Shown in pieces: positions 14,535 to 29,810 of a stretch of 64,000 bases of DNA; the first letter of the stretch is position 1; each line of letters opens with the position of its first letter. Source of the DNA: the human T2T-CHM13v2.0 reference genome, Homo sapiens; the NCBI RefSeq assembly GCF_009914755.1, contig NC_060928.1. One strand, written 5' to 3'. Both the position numbers and the translations under genes were made by a program. The notes beneath the pieces were generated by a model that was given only the letters and a program-made list of their open reading frames with translations, was not told the origin of the DNA and did not search any database.

Positions 14535-15733
14535 GAATCAGAAAATTTTCATAAGTGAAAAATTAATAATCACAATTTCATGCCAATCTGATAATAACTC
14601 ACTGGGGTCTTTCTGAATATGAGAGCTTTGAGTTTACACTGACTGACAGTTTCAGCCAAAGGTATGGAAGAATCTCTCAGCCTGGTTTCCTATGAAGCAA
14701 TTTTGCAAATACACATTGCTACTTGGGTGTAATTGTTAGAATGAAACTGAATGAGGAGCCCATTTTCAGGCTTCAAGATATACTGAAAGGTGCCAAGGAC
14801 TATAGAGTTTAAAGGGAGACCATTGGCCAGTCTAAATTAGATTGATACTATTACTGCTAAACTATTTAAAAATTACTCATAGAATCAAGACTTTTCAGAT
14901 TGGTAACAAATTACCATGAACTTGATGCTGACAGAATATTTTAAAAAAACAGAGTTAAACCACATTTCATAAACATATTATTCTTAGTCTTTCTTCTGAT
15001 ATTGCCACCATAGTGACAATGTCAACTGAAATCTGACAGGACACTTAAATGTCAAGGATATGCTTTTGATACTAAATTTCCATAATGCTTTGGTTGCTGA
15101 ATTGCATACTGTACTTGCATTGGTTTTCTGAAAGCTAAGCATTGCTGGCTTGCCCAAAATAACTTGCAGGCAGTTGACCAATTAAAGAGAAACCCGATGA
15201 GATGATTGCATGTAATGATGGTTTCATTGAAAACTCGATGGCTTAAGGAAGTCTGAATAGAATGAAATTACCTTCCTTGCTCAGTAACTTAGACAATTTT
15301 TTTTTTCTCAGTGACACGAACCCTGGAGAAATTTGGTCACAAGAATTACCCAAGTGAGAGAAAAGTTGAAAATCAGCAATTCTGTGTAAAACTAGATAGA
15401 TTTTGTGACTCCTTTACAGGATAAGTAGCAAGTAAGACTCTAAAATGTAGTTATTTAGAGTCTGACTTTCAGAGGAATTCCTTTATTAGTGAACTCCTAT
15501 GCACCCAGCTTTCAGCTGAAAATGTCATTATTTTCAAAGGAGTACGTAGCATTGCATACTTATCCTTTATCTGTGGTGATCCTCAGGGTGAAGATACATT
15601 CTATTACATAGCCAGGGGTCCATGACCAGAAGATACTTACAATGCTTAGTCAATCGGATTACAAGCTTTCAAGCACATATGTTCTCTTTTGTAGAAAGGC
15701 ATTTTGTTTCTTTTTTACACTGCTTGGGAGATA

Positions 15734-16006
15734 CAAGGATTCTTCAAAAAGCTTGTGGAAAATGGAATTAAAACTTAAAAACAAAAATATAAACTTTATT
15801 TCTCAACACAAATTTTACCAAAATCAAGGCACTTTAGTAAATGATGATATCAGACATTTAGTCCATCCCTAAAAAAAAAAAGGAGTTCCTTGGAATTTAA
15901 CTAGGTTAAGACAATCTTTTTTCATTATTAACTAAAGAAAAGTAGGTGCCTTTTAAATATCTTTTAAGATTGGGAAACAAAGAGAGTCTGAAAGAGCCAA
16001 ATCAGG
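15734..16006 (-). mobile_element. HSMAR2 mariner, 3' part including TIR
   Basis: TA followed by TIR caaggattcttcaaaaagcttgtggaaaatg; catttagtccatccctaaa; gagtctgaaagagccaaatcagg is the antisense of a degenerate mariner (YS)PDLAPSDF motif. Confidence 0.88.
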
Positions 16007-16309
16007 GAAATCATTAGTCACCCACATTGATCCTGAGAGATCCCAGAATAAGGAGCAGACACCCATATTTGCTGTTCTCTATCCTCCTTGAGTGACATCT
16101 CCAGGTGTGGGAGCAAATCAGAGGAATAGGCCCTGAAGTGAACCCCAGCAAACTGCAGCAGCCCTACAGAGGAGGGACCTGATCATTGAAAGAAAAATAA
16201 ACAAATGGAAAGCAACAACAAAGGCATCAACAACAACAAATAAGTCCCTACACAAACCCCATCCAAAGGTCAGCACCCTCAAAGACTGAAACTAAACAAA
16301 CTCATAAAG

Positions 16310-17338
16310 ATGAGAAAGAATCAAAGAAAAAATTGCTGAAAATGCAAAAGGCCAGAATTCCTCTTCTCCTCCAGATGATTATAATGCCTCTCCAGCAAGG
16401 GCACAGAAGTGGACCGAGGATGAGATGGATAAATTGACAGAAGTAGGCTTCAGATGATGGGTAACAAAAAACTCTGCTGAGCTAAAGGAGCATGTTCTAA
16501 CCAAATGCAAAGAAGCTAAGAACGTTGATAAGAGCCTAGAGGAGCTGCTAACTAGAATAACCAGTTTAGAGAGGAATATAAATGACCTGATGGAGGTGAA
16601 CAACACAGCACAACTTTATGAAGCATACGCAAGTATCAATAGCTGAATTGACCATTCAGAAGAAAGGATATCAGAGTTTGAAGTCTACCTTGCTGAAATA
16701 AGGCATGCAGACAAGATTAGAGAAAAAAAGGATGAAAAGGAATGAACAAAGCCTCCAAGAAATATGGACCTATGTAAAAATACCAAATCTATGATTGATT
16801 GGAGTACCTGAAGGAGATGGGGGGAATGGAAACAAACTGGAAAACACACTTTAGGATATTATCCAGGAGAACTTACTGCCAACCTAGCAAGACAGGCCAC
16901 CATGCACATTCAGGAAATACAGAGAACACCACTAAGATACTCCATGAGAAGATCAACCCCAAGACACATAATCATCAGATTGTCCAAGGTTGAAATGAAG
17001 AATAAAATGCTAAGGGCAGCCAGAGAGAAAGGTCGGGTCACCTACAAAGGGAAGCCCATCAGACTAACAGTGGACTTCTCAGCAGAAACCCTACAAGCCA
17101 TAAGAGATTGGGGGCCAATATTTAACATTCTTAAAGAAAAGAATTTTCAACCCAGAATTAAATATCCAGCCAAATTAAGCTTCGTAGGTGAAGGAGAAAT
17201 AAAATCCTTTCCAGACAAGCAAATGCTAAGGGGTTTCATCACCACCAGGCCTGCCATGCAAGAGCTCCTGAAGGAAGCACTAAATATGGAAAGGAAAAAC
17301 CGTTACTAGCCACTGAAAAAAAAAACACCAAAATATAA
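16310..17338 (+). pseudogene. L1 ORF1p remnant with frameshifts and stops
   Basis: ATG at 16310 (atgagaaagaatcaa). ORF 16902-17309 encodes the RRM/CTD region. The frame is broken upstream. Confidence 0.9.
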
Positions 17339-17401
17339 AGACTAATGACACTATGAAGACACTGCATCAACTAGTGTGCAAAATAGCTAGATAGCATCAT
17401 T

Positions 17402-20705
<3,304 letters not shown>

Positions 20706-21286
20706 TCATCCTCAGCGAACTAACACAAGAAAAGAAAACAAAACACCGCATGTTCTCACTCATAAGTGGGAGTTGAATAATGAGAGAACACATTGACACA
20801 GGGAGGGGAACAACATACACCAGCGCCTGTTGGGGGGTTGGGACAAGGGGAGGGGACTTAGATGATGGGTCAATAGGTGCAGCAAACCACCAAGGCACAA
20901 CTATGCCTATGTAACAAACCTGCACATTCTGCACGTGTATCCTGTAGCTTAATGTAAAATAAAACTAAATAAAAATGAAGAATAAACTACAATTGAAAGG
21001 GGACATTTGCTACAGGAATAGAGTAAAATAAGGGTCATTTATAAAAAAAGACATTCAAGTTAAAATTAAAAGCACTTTTCCTCTTAGGAAAAAACATAAT
21101 TCTATAACTTCAAACAATATGTCATCATTTTTTGCATTTCTGTGCTCTTTTTCTCCATATGTGAAATTATATCCATATAAATATGTATATAAACTACTAC
21201 TGGCATTTTTTCTATTTTGAAGCTAATTTTATTAAATAAAATTGGGAAATTTGGAAAACCATTAAAAAAAGAAAGAAAGAAAGAAA

Positions 21287-21385
21287 GAAACGAAGTCTTC
21301 TATGTTGTCCAGGATGGTCTCAGACTCCTGGGCTCAAGCAATCCTCCTACCTCAGCCTCCTGAGTAGCTGGGACTACAAGCATGT
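21287..21385 (-). mobile_element. Alu monomer, FLAM_A-like
   Basis: Reverse complement reads tgtagtcccagctactcaggaggctgagg..gcttgagcccaggagtctgagaccatcctggacaacatag, the FLAM_A arrangement. Confidence 0.8.
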
Positions 21386-21389
21386 TTGA

Positions 21390-21837
21390 GCTCTTAATTG
21401 TTAGTCCTCTTCAATTAGGGCATAAACAAGATGAATTACTTCATCATAAATTCATGTGGATGATCTTCCACTTCAGGCTTCATCTGCAACATCTTGTCCC
21501 TTCTTAAAATGAGTTATTTATTTGTAAATTGCTGATTTCTTTGGGGCATTGTCCCCTAAAATTTTTGTAAAACATCAATGATTTCACTATTCTTTCACCC
21601 AAGCTTCACCATAAACTTGATGTTTCTTCTCACTTCAATTTTAGCACAATTCATATTGCTCTGGTAGAGGCTCTTTCAAACTGCTGTCTTAACCTTCTTG
21701 GTACCTCAAACTAGATCCTACTCAGACATGTTATAACAAGTTAGTACAAGTTTTTTTTTTGGTGCAAAAATGTCTGAAATCAATGCTTAGTTTTGTCACA
21801 ATATACATTTTTCTGGGAACTTTTTGAAGACTCCTCA
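21390..21837 (-). mobile_element. HSMAR2 mariner, 5' part including TIR and transposase N-terminus
   Basis: Reverse complement reads tgaggagtcttcaaaaagttc..gtactaacttgttataacatgtctgag..tttatggtgaagcttggg..ggggacaatgccccaaagaaatcagc, as in the HSMAR2 5' end. Confidence 0.9.
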
Positions 21838-23269
21838 TTTAAGCTAGACTTCCAGGTTCATAATGCAAAGCTAAGTTAGCAGTTTTTGTTTTTGTGAGTG
21901 AGAATAAAGTAAAACATGCTGAGGATATTGAAAATGATTGATCCTAAAATTTCAATAACACGCAATCAAGAGCAGACAAATATTTTTCTTTTTAACATTG
22001 GTTCAGTTGTCATAAATAGCTTTATAACTTTATTTGCACAAACAAGGTATTAACAGGCCATTGGGTTCTTTTATTTTTTTCCCTTTGAAGAGTCTCGGCA
22101 AATGTAAATAACTTTAGTAAGTCATCACACAAACACTGAGAGTTTGTGTGCAGGGAAAAATCCCTATAAGCCTTCATAGGTGGTAGTGATTCTCATGATG
22201 AATTTCTCATCATTCAATGTCTGGTTCTTCACCTTGCGGTGTTGAAAACTTGACAGTCAATTCACCAATAGTGAATGTATCTCAAAGGTCAGATTCACAT
22301 TAACCATGTTCCAAAACTAATACACAATGTCAAAAAAAGCCTGTAAACCAGATTCCTGTGAAACTGTTTACTCAGCATATTTTCTTCTTGAAGGTAGAAG
22401 TAGACCCACATGGGAAGCCAGGTTGTAATGAGAAGTTTGCTGTTGAATATGGAATCAAGATTAAGCACACAAAACGATTGAAGTTTTAATGGCATCTGGC
22501 AAAAATTACCATAATACTCAAGGTAAATTGACCACAACTGCTTACAGTCATGGTCACACAAAAGGAGAAACTCATTCTCTCTTTTTGTACAAGAATGGGC
22601 CCTTTCAAACTTGCCTCTGTGATACTGCTTTTGTTAGCAATCGACAATGATCACAGTCATCTTCATTGACAACTGCCTTTATATTTGTGTGCAGTCAGAT
22701 TATAATAGAATCTGGTTGATTTAGGGGACATACTATCTCTTGAAAGCAACTTTGCCTGTATGTTCCGCTCCATTTTGGTATGTAGTTTTAATTTTACAAT
22801 AAAAACGTTACAATTAAAAAGATAACTTTTTCATAAACTTGGAAGGCCCACCTTCTCACAGTATAATGGGTTTCTGGACCCATTTCCCACTTGAAATTAC
22901 AGAGATCTGGGATAGAGAGTGAAGACATTTAGAATGTGTGCTTTCTTTCATTCATCGGTTTACTTATCATATCAATACCTTTCATGGTTTTTTTATGTTG
23001 GTATTCAACTAAATTTAAGTGAATGCATTACATTCTCTACTATTTTCTGCTAACTGATTACTTGTGTCTCAGAAATGTATATAAACTTAAAGAGCTTCTA
23101 AAAAATACAGAAAATATCAGAAAAATCTGATAGACATAGATGCCTTAGAACTTCCAAAGCCATTGTAGAGTCATTTCGGACAAAATATCTAATTTTTCAT
23201 TCAGATGACGAATTTGTTAAAATAATTATTTTTTAAAAAATTAAACATACATAACTTTATTGTGCAAAT

Positions 23270-23520
23270 AATCGTTTTAAATATTATCATGTTATTACTT
23301 TTATTATATGTTATTATACTATTATATAGTAATATATTATATATATAACAATATATTATTATTACTATATATCAAAGAACCAATATATATATTACTTTTT
23401 CTATATATATAGTAAAAGGAATAACATGATTTATATATACATTACTTTTACTACATATATATAATATATATATGTACGTTACTTTTACTACATATAATAA
23501 TTACTACATATAATGATTTT
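23270..23520. repeat. AT-rich low-complexity region with degenerate ttacttttacta-type units
   Basis: Near-pure A/T; attactttt recurs several times. Confidence 0.85.
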
Positions 23521-23816
23521 GCTTATCAGGGCCCCATCCTCATATTTAAGATCAGATGACTTTCTATATACATAAGTATATATATCTCTCAATTATGGGA
23601 CAACTTCCTTTGACCCTTTGTGGTTAGTGATTACTTCCAAGAAGACTCTAAAAGTCTTTTGAACGCAAAGAGAGTAATAATTTTTTATGGAAGACCATTG
23701 ATCAGAGACATTATACGTAGAGTATTATGATAATTATTTTCATTTACTTATTTTTTAATGTACTCAATTCATCTTGATTGCCTCCTCTGTTCCAGGCTCT
23801 ATGGTAGGTGTTAGAA

Positions 23817-24106
23817 CTGCACTGTCCAATAAGGGAGTCTACATGTGACTACAGGCACCTGAACCATGGTGATGCAACCAAGGAAATGATTTTTTTATTT
23901 TATTTAATTTTAATTAACTAAAATACAAATACTTGAATCATTATAAAAGTTTTAATATTGATTATATGTTGAAATGATAATATTTTGGATGTATTAATTT
24001 AAAACACATTATTAAAATAAATTTCACTTGATTCTTTTTACATTTTTAATGTGGCTAATGGGATTTTGAATGCCTATGGCCCATTGCATTCCACCGGACA
24101 GGGCTA
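23817..24106. mobile_element. hAT-Charlie MITE (MER3/MER33 group) inserted in an antisense L2 remnant
   Basis: ctgcactgtccaata ... ggacagggct ends; ttgattatatgttgaaatgataatattttggat is MER33-like; flanks ccaggctctatggtaggtgttaga / gagatctgtggtgagtaaaatacacatagtc are L2-like. Confidence 0.75.
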
Positions 24107-24444
24107 TTTTAGAGATCTGTGGTGAGTAAAATACACATAGTCTTCACCATCTTGGAATTCAATCCATGATTTATGTTTTTACCAAAGTTCACATATTGAA
24201 TATTTCTTTAGACCACTACATTTAGGAATGGAAATTGAATCAATAATGATGAATAGCCAACCAAATACATTATGAGTCAAAAGTAAAAGTGTTTAAATAT
24301 TTCTGTCCAAAAATGTTCTCTGAGAAGCTAAGAGGCCTTAAATGTCTAAATATATGAGATTTTACTCTTTTATGTGGTCTAGTTCTATTGTATCTTGTTT
24401 TACTATATTAGCCATTATTTGGTTCTGAAGAGAAAGCCCATTAC

Positions 24445-24630
24445 TTTAGAGGATATTTCATTTAATTATTATAATAATACTGTGAAATAAGCATGACTTC
24501 TATTTTATGAAAAAGAAAGGCTTAGAGTGATTAACTTTTTAAAATGTGTACAAAGATGATAACCATAGAAAGGATTCAAACTCATATTTGTCTCATTTCA
24601 AATTTCATACTCTCTCCTCTACCAAGCATT
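24445..24630 (-). mobile_element. MIR
   Basis: atttcatttaatt..ctgtgaaataag..ggcttagagtgattaac..ggattcaaactc. Confidence 0.65.
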
Positions 24631-25785
24631 AGGCCTCTTGAAGTTGAAGAAGAAGCCTTTGCAGTGCTATTTTCAGGAAATAATACTCTACTCACAGCTG
24701 TAGTCTAGGACACTCATGCAACATATGAAATGATTTTGTCTTTTACTCCAGAAGGGGAATTTACCCTCTTGTGTTCTGGGATTGTTGGTTATTATAACAA
24801 ATTAATGCAAGTCATTCAGTTTTCTCACATGGGAATTTTCTTGATTCCTTTTCTCTACTATAAGCTGCATTAAAGAAAGTGCCAGGTGCTCTCAGGTTTT
24901 TGATACTTTAAGAAATAAATTAATAGAAGCAGGTTTTCTAGTTGGATCTGACAGTGTCACTATGAAAGTGCACCTGCACCAAAGGACTGAGTCATGATTC
25001 CAGGATTCTTTTAGTGCGCAAACAGATGGCTTATTGAAAGTGGCCTTCTTAAATCCAGATTAGCAAAACAAAATTTAATTATCTGAGACAAAAATAAGCG
25101 ATTTAATTATAATTAATTTTCTAATTCTACTTATTTTCAAATAAACATCTGAAAAAAAATCCTTCCATTTTAATTACTAATCCTCAATTTAAAGGTCGTA
25201 CTTGTATAAATAAAAATGAAACCCCTCAGAATTCAGAAAAAATGTTTTAGAAAAGATCTTAATATAAACTAAAACTAGTAAATCATCAGGGAGACGTAAC
25301 ATAATGTTCTGAAAAAGAAAATAAAATTATATATCTATTGATCTGACAAACTCCTGAAAACAATACTTAAAATATTATGGAAGCTGCCATTATTAAGCAT
25401 CTTTATTTTTTGTGGCTATATTGTCCTTTATGTACATTCATCAATAATCTGTCCTTCTCACTGAGACATAGTTGAATAAATCAGTTGCAAAGTAGGCCAT
25501 GCCACATGTCTTGTGTATTTAAGTCTGACAAATCTTTTGTTAAAGAACAAGTATTAAATTTCACAGGTGGTCAAATAAAGCAAAACATCAAATAATAACA
25601 TCGAATTAGGAATATCACTTAACAAACTTACATGTGCAATAGGGTGGGAGACTGGACGTAAGTCTCAATTATAGCTAAGCAGGGAGGAACAAACCATCTT
25701 CCATCTGCAGACTGACAACAATAAATGGGGTCACCCTGCCTTGTTCTCCCCAAAGGAGCTGAGCCACTGAAAAGCTCCTGTCATC

Positions 25786-25851
25786 CTCCAGCTTGGGCAA
25801 CAAAGAACGAAATTCCGTCTCAAAAAAAAAAAAAAAAAAAGAAAAGAAAAA
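25786..25851 (+). mobile_element. Severely 5'-truncated Alu (last ~36 nt plus tail)
   Basis: ctccagcttgggcaacaaagaacgaaattccgtctc plus an A-tail; 17-bp TSD gaaaag(c/t)tcctgtcatc at 25769-25785 and 25852-25868. Confidence 0.92.
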
Positions 25852-26080
25852 GAAAAGTTCCTGTCATCGTCTGATTTACTCACAAAAGCATCATTTCTGA
25901 CTTTTGCAATATTAATGTTGAATCTGTATCACAAACTTTGTAAACCAATTTTCCCTGTTACATGCTTTTGTCTCTGGGTCTTCTCTTTACAACAGGTAAC
26001 TTGGAGAAAAGCAAAGCTTATCGAAATCCATGAGGTTGGTACATGTAATGAAACTGAAATTCTGCTCTAGTTTTGCTCTG

Positions 26081-26275
26081 TGGCTTTGACTTACTAGAAA
26101 ACATGGGTATTTTAACAACCATATAGGAGAAGAAACAGCATTTCAACTATGACAAAGTTAAGAAAAAGGATCCACTTTTCTCTTACTAAAGACTTTTCAA
26201 TCTGGCTTAGAAAAATGCTGTTTCTTCTCCTATGTGGTTGTTAAAATATCCATGTTTTCTAGTAAGTCAAAGCCA
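26081..26275. repeat. Long inverted repeat, 63-bp arms (61/63 complementary), 69-bp spacer
   Basis: Arm 26081-26143 tggctttgacttactagaaaacatgggtattttaacaaccatataggagaagaaacagcattt versus arm 26213-26275. Confidence 0.97.
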
Positions 26276-26583
26276 TAAGTTTTATCATCATAATTAGAAT
26301 GGGACTGATAAATAATATTGCATTTTAAAATTTTCTCTTTCACAAATGGAAAAACTAGTTTTCATTGGTCTAAACATGGGACTACTATAAATAAACATCT
26401 AAAAATAGCTGTGTTGATATGACTGTGTCCAGCAACATTACTATCAAAAAGCACACATCTTAAGGTGTCTTTCCAGTTCATTATTGCACTGAAACACTTT
26501 TATTGAATATGATGCTTTTCAACTAATTCAATGAGTTAAAATTATTTTCATGTAGTAAACATTAATTAAAGATGCTATGTCTG

Positions 26584-26895
<312 letters not shown>

Positions 26896-27097
26896 CTATG
26901 TCTTTAAACTATTTTATGATTACATATAGCAAATACAAAAATCTATCTCATCTTTCCAGATTTTCAGGTGGAAAAATTATATTTCATATATTTTATAGAG
27001 CATGTAATATGAAACACCTGGAATGAGCATTTTCATGTAATTTCACAAATTAAAAAGTTATTTGCCCATTTAGAAGTGTTATTGTAGCTCTCTTAAC

Positions 27098-27238
27098 TAG
27101 TTAAGACTCTGTAGTACTAATAGTAAGACATGATAATTCTTCTGTCTAATTTTGGATATTTGTGGTGATTAGTTAAGACTGTATTACTAATAGGAAGGCA
27201 TGATAATTCTTCTGTCTAATTTTGGATATTTGTGGTGA
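27098..27238. repeat. Tandem duplication, about 70-72 bp x 2
   Basis: tagttaagact..catgataattcttctgtctaattttggatatttgtggtga at 27098 and 27170. Confidence 0.95.
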
Positions 27239-28030
27239 GTGAGAAAAGACACAACAATAACATCAGATCTCATATTGCTTTCATACAGTATGAACAAAAA
27301 ATGTAATTATTTTCAGTGACAGAGATGGCTTACTTATTATATTCTCAAATTAATCAAATTAAAAAATATACCATGTGGAATGTCACATGTGTACAACAAT
27401 ACAAGTTCCATGTGAATGTTACATTTCTGGAAGGTTTTAATGGAGACCCAGGGAGAACACTCATGAAAATGGAGCTAGAATACCTGCCGAGTGGAACTAA
27501 ATGAAAACAAAAAGTAACAGTTTCTACAAATTCACATTTATAAACAATCATTACTCAGAAACCCAAATAAAAAGAAATAATAAACTTTCTAATTCTAAAA
27601 TTACAAATTGTTCTAAAATATAAGTAAAATGTAAATTTTACTAAAAATGTAAATATAGCAAATCATTTCATTCCAGTTCAATGTTATCACTGCTAACTAT
27701 CCCAATAATTTGAAAAACAATTGATAAGAATGATAATATTGCTTATTTATCCCCAGGAAACATCCTTAGATTGTCATCTCTAGCATGTGTCTTTGTGTAA
27801 ATTCTGCCCCACTTTATACTCATTCATTCTTTCCATCTTTCCCTCTACAATTCAAAGATATTTATAAAGTGGCTACTATATGCCAGTCACTGTTTTTGGG
27901 TGCTAATGTAGAGCTATGAGCAAGAGAGAAAAGCTCAATACTTTCTTGAAGCTTGTCTTCCAGTGGAGGAATTAAAAAATACATAAGATTGTTTTAGTTA
28001 TTGGTAAATGTTATTTAAAAAATGGGTCAT

Positions 28031-28350
28031 GGCTGGGTGTGGTTGCTCACACCTGTAATTCCAGCACTTTGGGAGGTCAAGGCAGGTGGATCACCTGAGG
28101 TCAGGAGTTTGATACCAGCCTGGCCAACATGATGAAACCCTGTCTCTACTAAAAATACAAAAATTAGACTGGCGTGGTGGCGGGTGGCTATAAGCCCAGC
28201 TACTCAGGAGGCTGAGGCAGGAGAATCACTTGAACCCAGGAGGTGGAGGTTGCAGTGAGCCAAGATTGCACCATTACACTCCACTCCAGCCTAGGTGACA
28301 GAGTTAGACTCCGTCTCAAAAAACAAAAAAAAAAAAAACAAAAAAAAAAA
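28031..28350 (+). mobile_element. Alu, AluSx-like
   Basis: ggatcacctgaggtcaggagttt; full dimer; A-tail. Confidence 0.95.
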
Positions 28351-28360
28351 CTGGGCCACT

Positions 28361-28831
28361 TGTATCCATTTGCTAGGTCTGCCATAACAGAGTACCACAA
28401 ATTGAGTGTCTTAAAGAACATATATTTATGCCCTCGACATAACATATATTTATTTTCTCGAGGCTAGAAGTCCTAGATCAAGATGTCAGCTGGGTTGGTT
28501 CCTTCTGAGGGCTGTGAAGGGAGAGAATCTGTTCCTTGCCTGTCCTTTAACTTCTGGGAGTTTCTTTGTTATTTTTTTGGCTGGTAGAAGCATCACCCCA
28601 AATATCTGTCTCCATCTTCACATGGCATCCTCCCTGTGTGGGTGTCTCTGTGTCCAAATTTTCCCTTTTTGTAAGGACCCAAGTCATGTTGAATTAGGGT
28701 TTACACTAATGAGTTCATTTTCACTTGATCACCTCTGCAAGTAAACTGTTTCCAAATAAGGTCACCTTCTGACAAACCAGGGTTAGGATTTCAACATACT
28801 TCTTTAGAGGATCACAGTTTAACCCATAGCA
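28361..28831 (-). mobile_element. MaLR solo LTR, MLT1C-like
   Basis: ctgccataacagagtaccacaaa; ggttggttccttctgagggctgtgaagggagagaatctgttcc; tttccaaataaggtcac; ends aacccatagca. Confidence 0.88.
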
Positions 28832-29559
28832 GCCGTTGATTAGAGACTGACTGGCAGAGGGGATTGCAGACAGTTTTAGCCTGGTGCCATTGGCCATGTC
28901 TTCAAAAGTGGCAGCAGCCAGATGAGAGAAATAGACTCAAAGCTTTTCTTGAAAGGCAAACAGCAAGTGCAAAGGATGCAGGATGGAACAGACTTGCAGG
29001 GTCTTAGGAGTAGACAGGGTGCTGTGGCTGGAGTAGCCATGTAAAAGAGAGGAGTGTGTAAGGAAGGAGATCAGAGAAGCAGGCAGGGCTCAGACTGTGG
29101 GGTTCTTCAAAGGCCACGAGAAAGAATTTGGAGTTACTGTAATTTTAAGAGTCAGCAGCTAGAAGATTTTTACAGAGGAAGTGATGTGATCTGATATCTA
29201 TTTTAAAAGATCAGTGTGGCTGACACCTCTCTTGTCTCTCAGGGAAGGCCATCTAATCTTTTCAGCTCTTTGTGATCTCTCTTTTTCTCAACACCTAGAT
29301 CATTGATAGTTCTCACTCCATGGATCTGTTAGCAGAAGTGAAGGAATCAAACAGTTAGATTTCTATGTTCACCCAGAAGCCTCCACTCTTATCTTTATAA
29401 AAGATCTTTCTTTCAAAGCAGTAGGTTAATTGGTTGCTATACTTGGTATCACTTGATTTTATATACATTTAAAAAGCTTAGAGACTAAACTCTTCTTATA
29501 TTTGTGTGTGTGCATTGCTTGTGTGTGTTTAACACAGAGCTAAAGTTCATCCTCCTAGG

Positions 29560-29810
29560 TTTAGGCTGAACGTCACCTCTTCTTTGATGCTTCCCTGAAT
29601 GTCCCCACAGCATTTGTTGCTTCCTTTACAGTGCAAACCTGAATTTTCACACTTTTCATATATTACTGTACTTATTTATTATCTGATGTCCTGGATAGTC
29701 TGCAAGCTCCTTTAGGTGCGGAACTTTCATTTTATTTATTTTTCTTCTATTTATAACTGCTAGTTGCACAATCTCTGACGGCAGAAAGAAACAAATGCAT
29801 TTGGATGATT
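29560..29810 (+). mobile_element. L2 3' region
   Basis: aacgtcacctcttctttgatgcttccctga..tagtctgcaagctcctttagg. Confidence 0.55.

Larger units (their letters stand above)
27860..29225 (-). mobile_element. L2 fragments split by an Alu and MLT1C
   Basis: tactatatgccagtcactgtt..gaagcttgtcttccagtggagg (27870-27970); aaggcaaacagcaagtgcaaagg..gaagtgatgtgatctgat..ttttaaaagatca (28950-29215). Confidence 0.7.
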
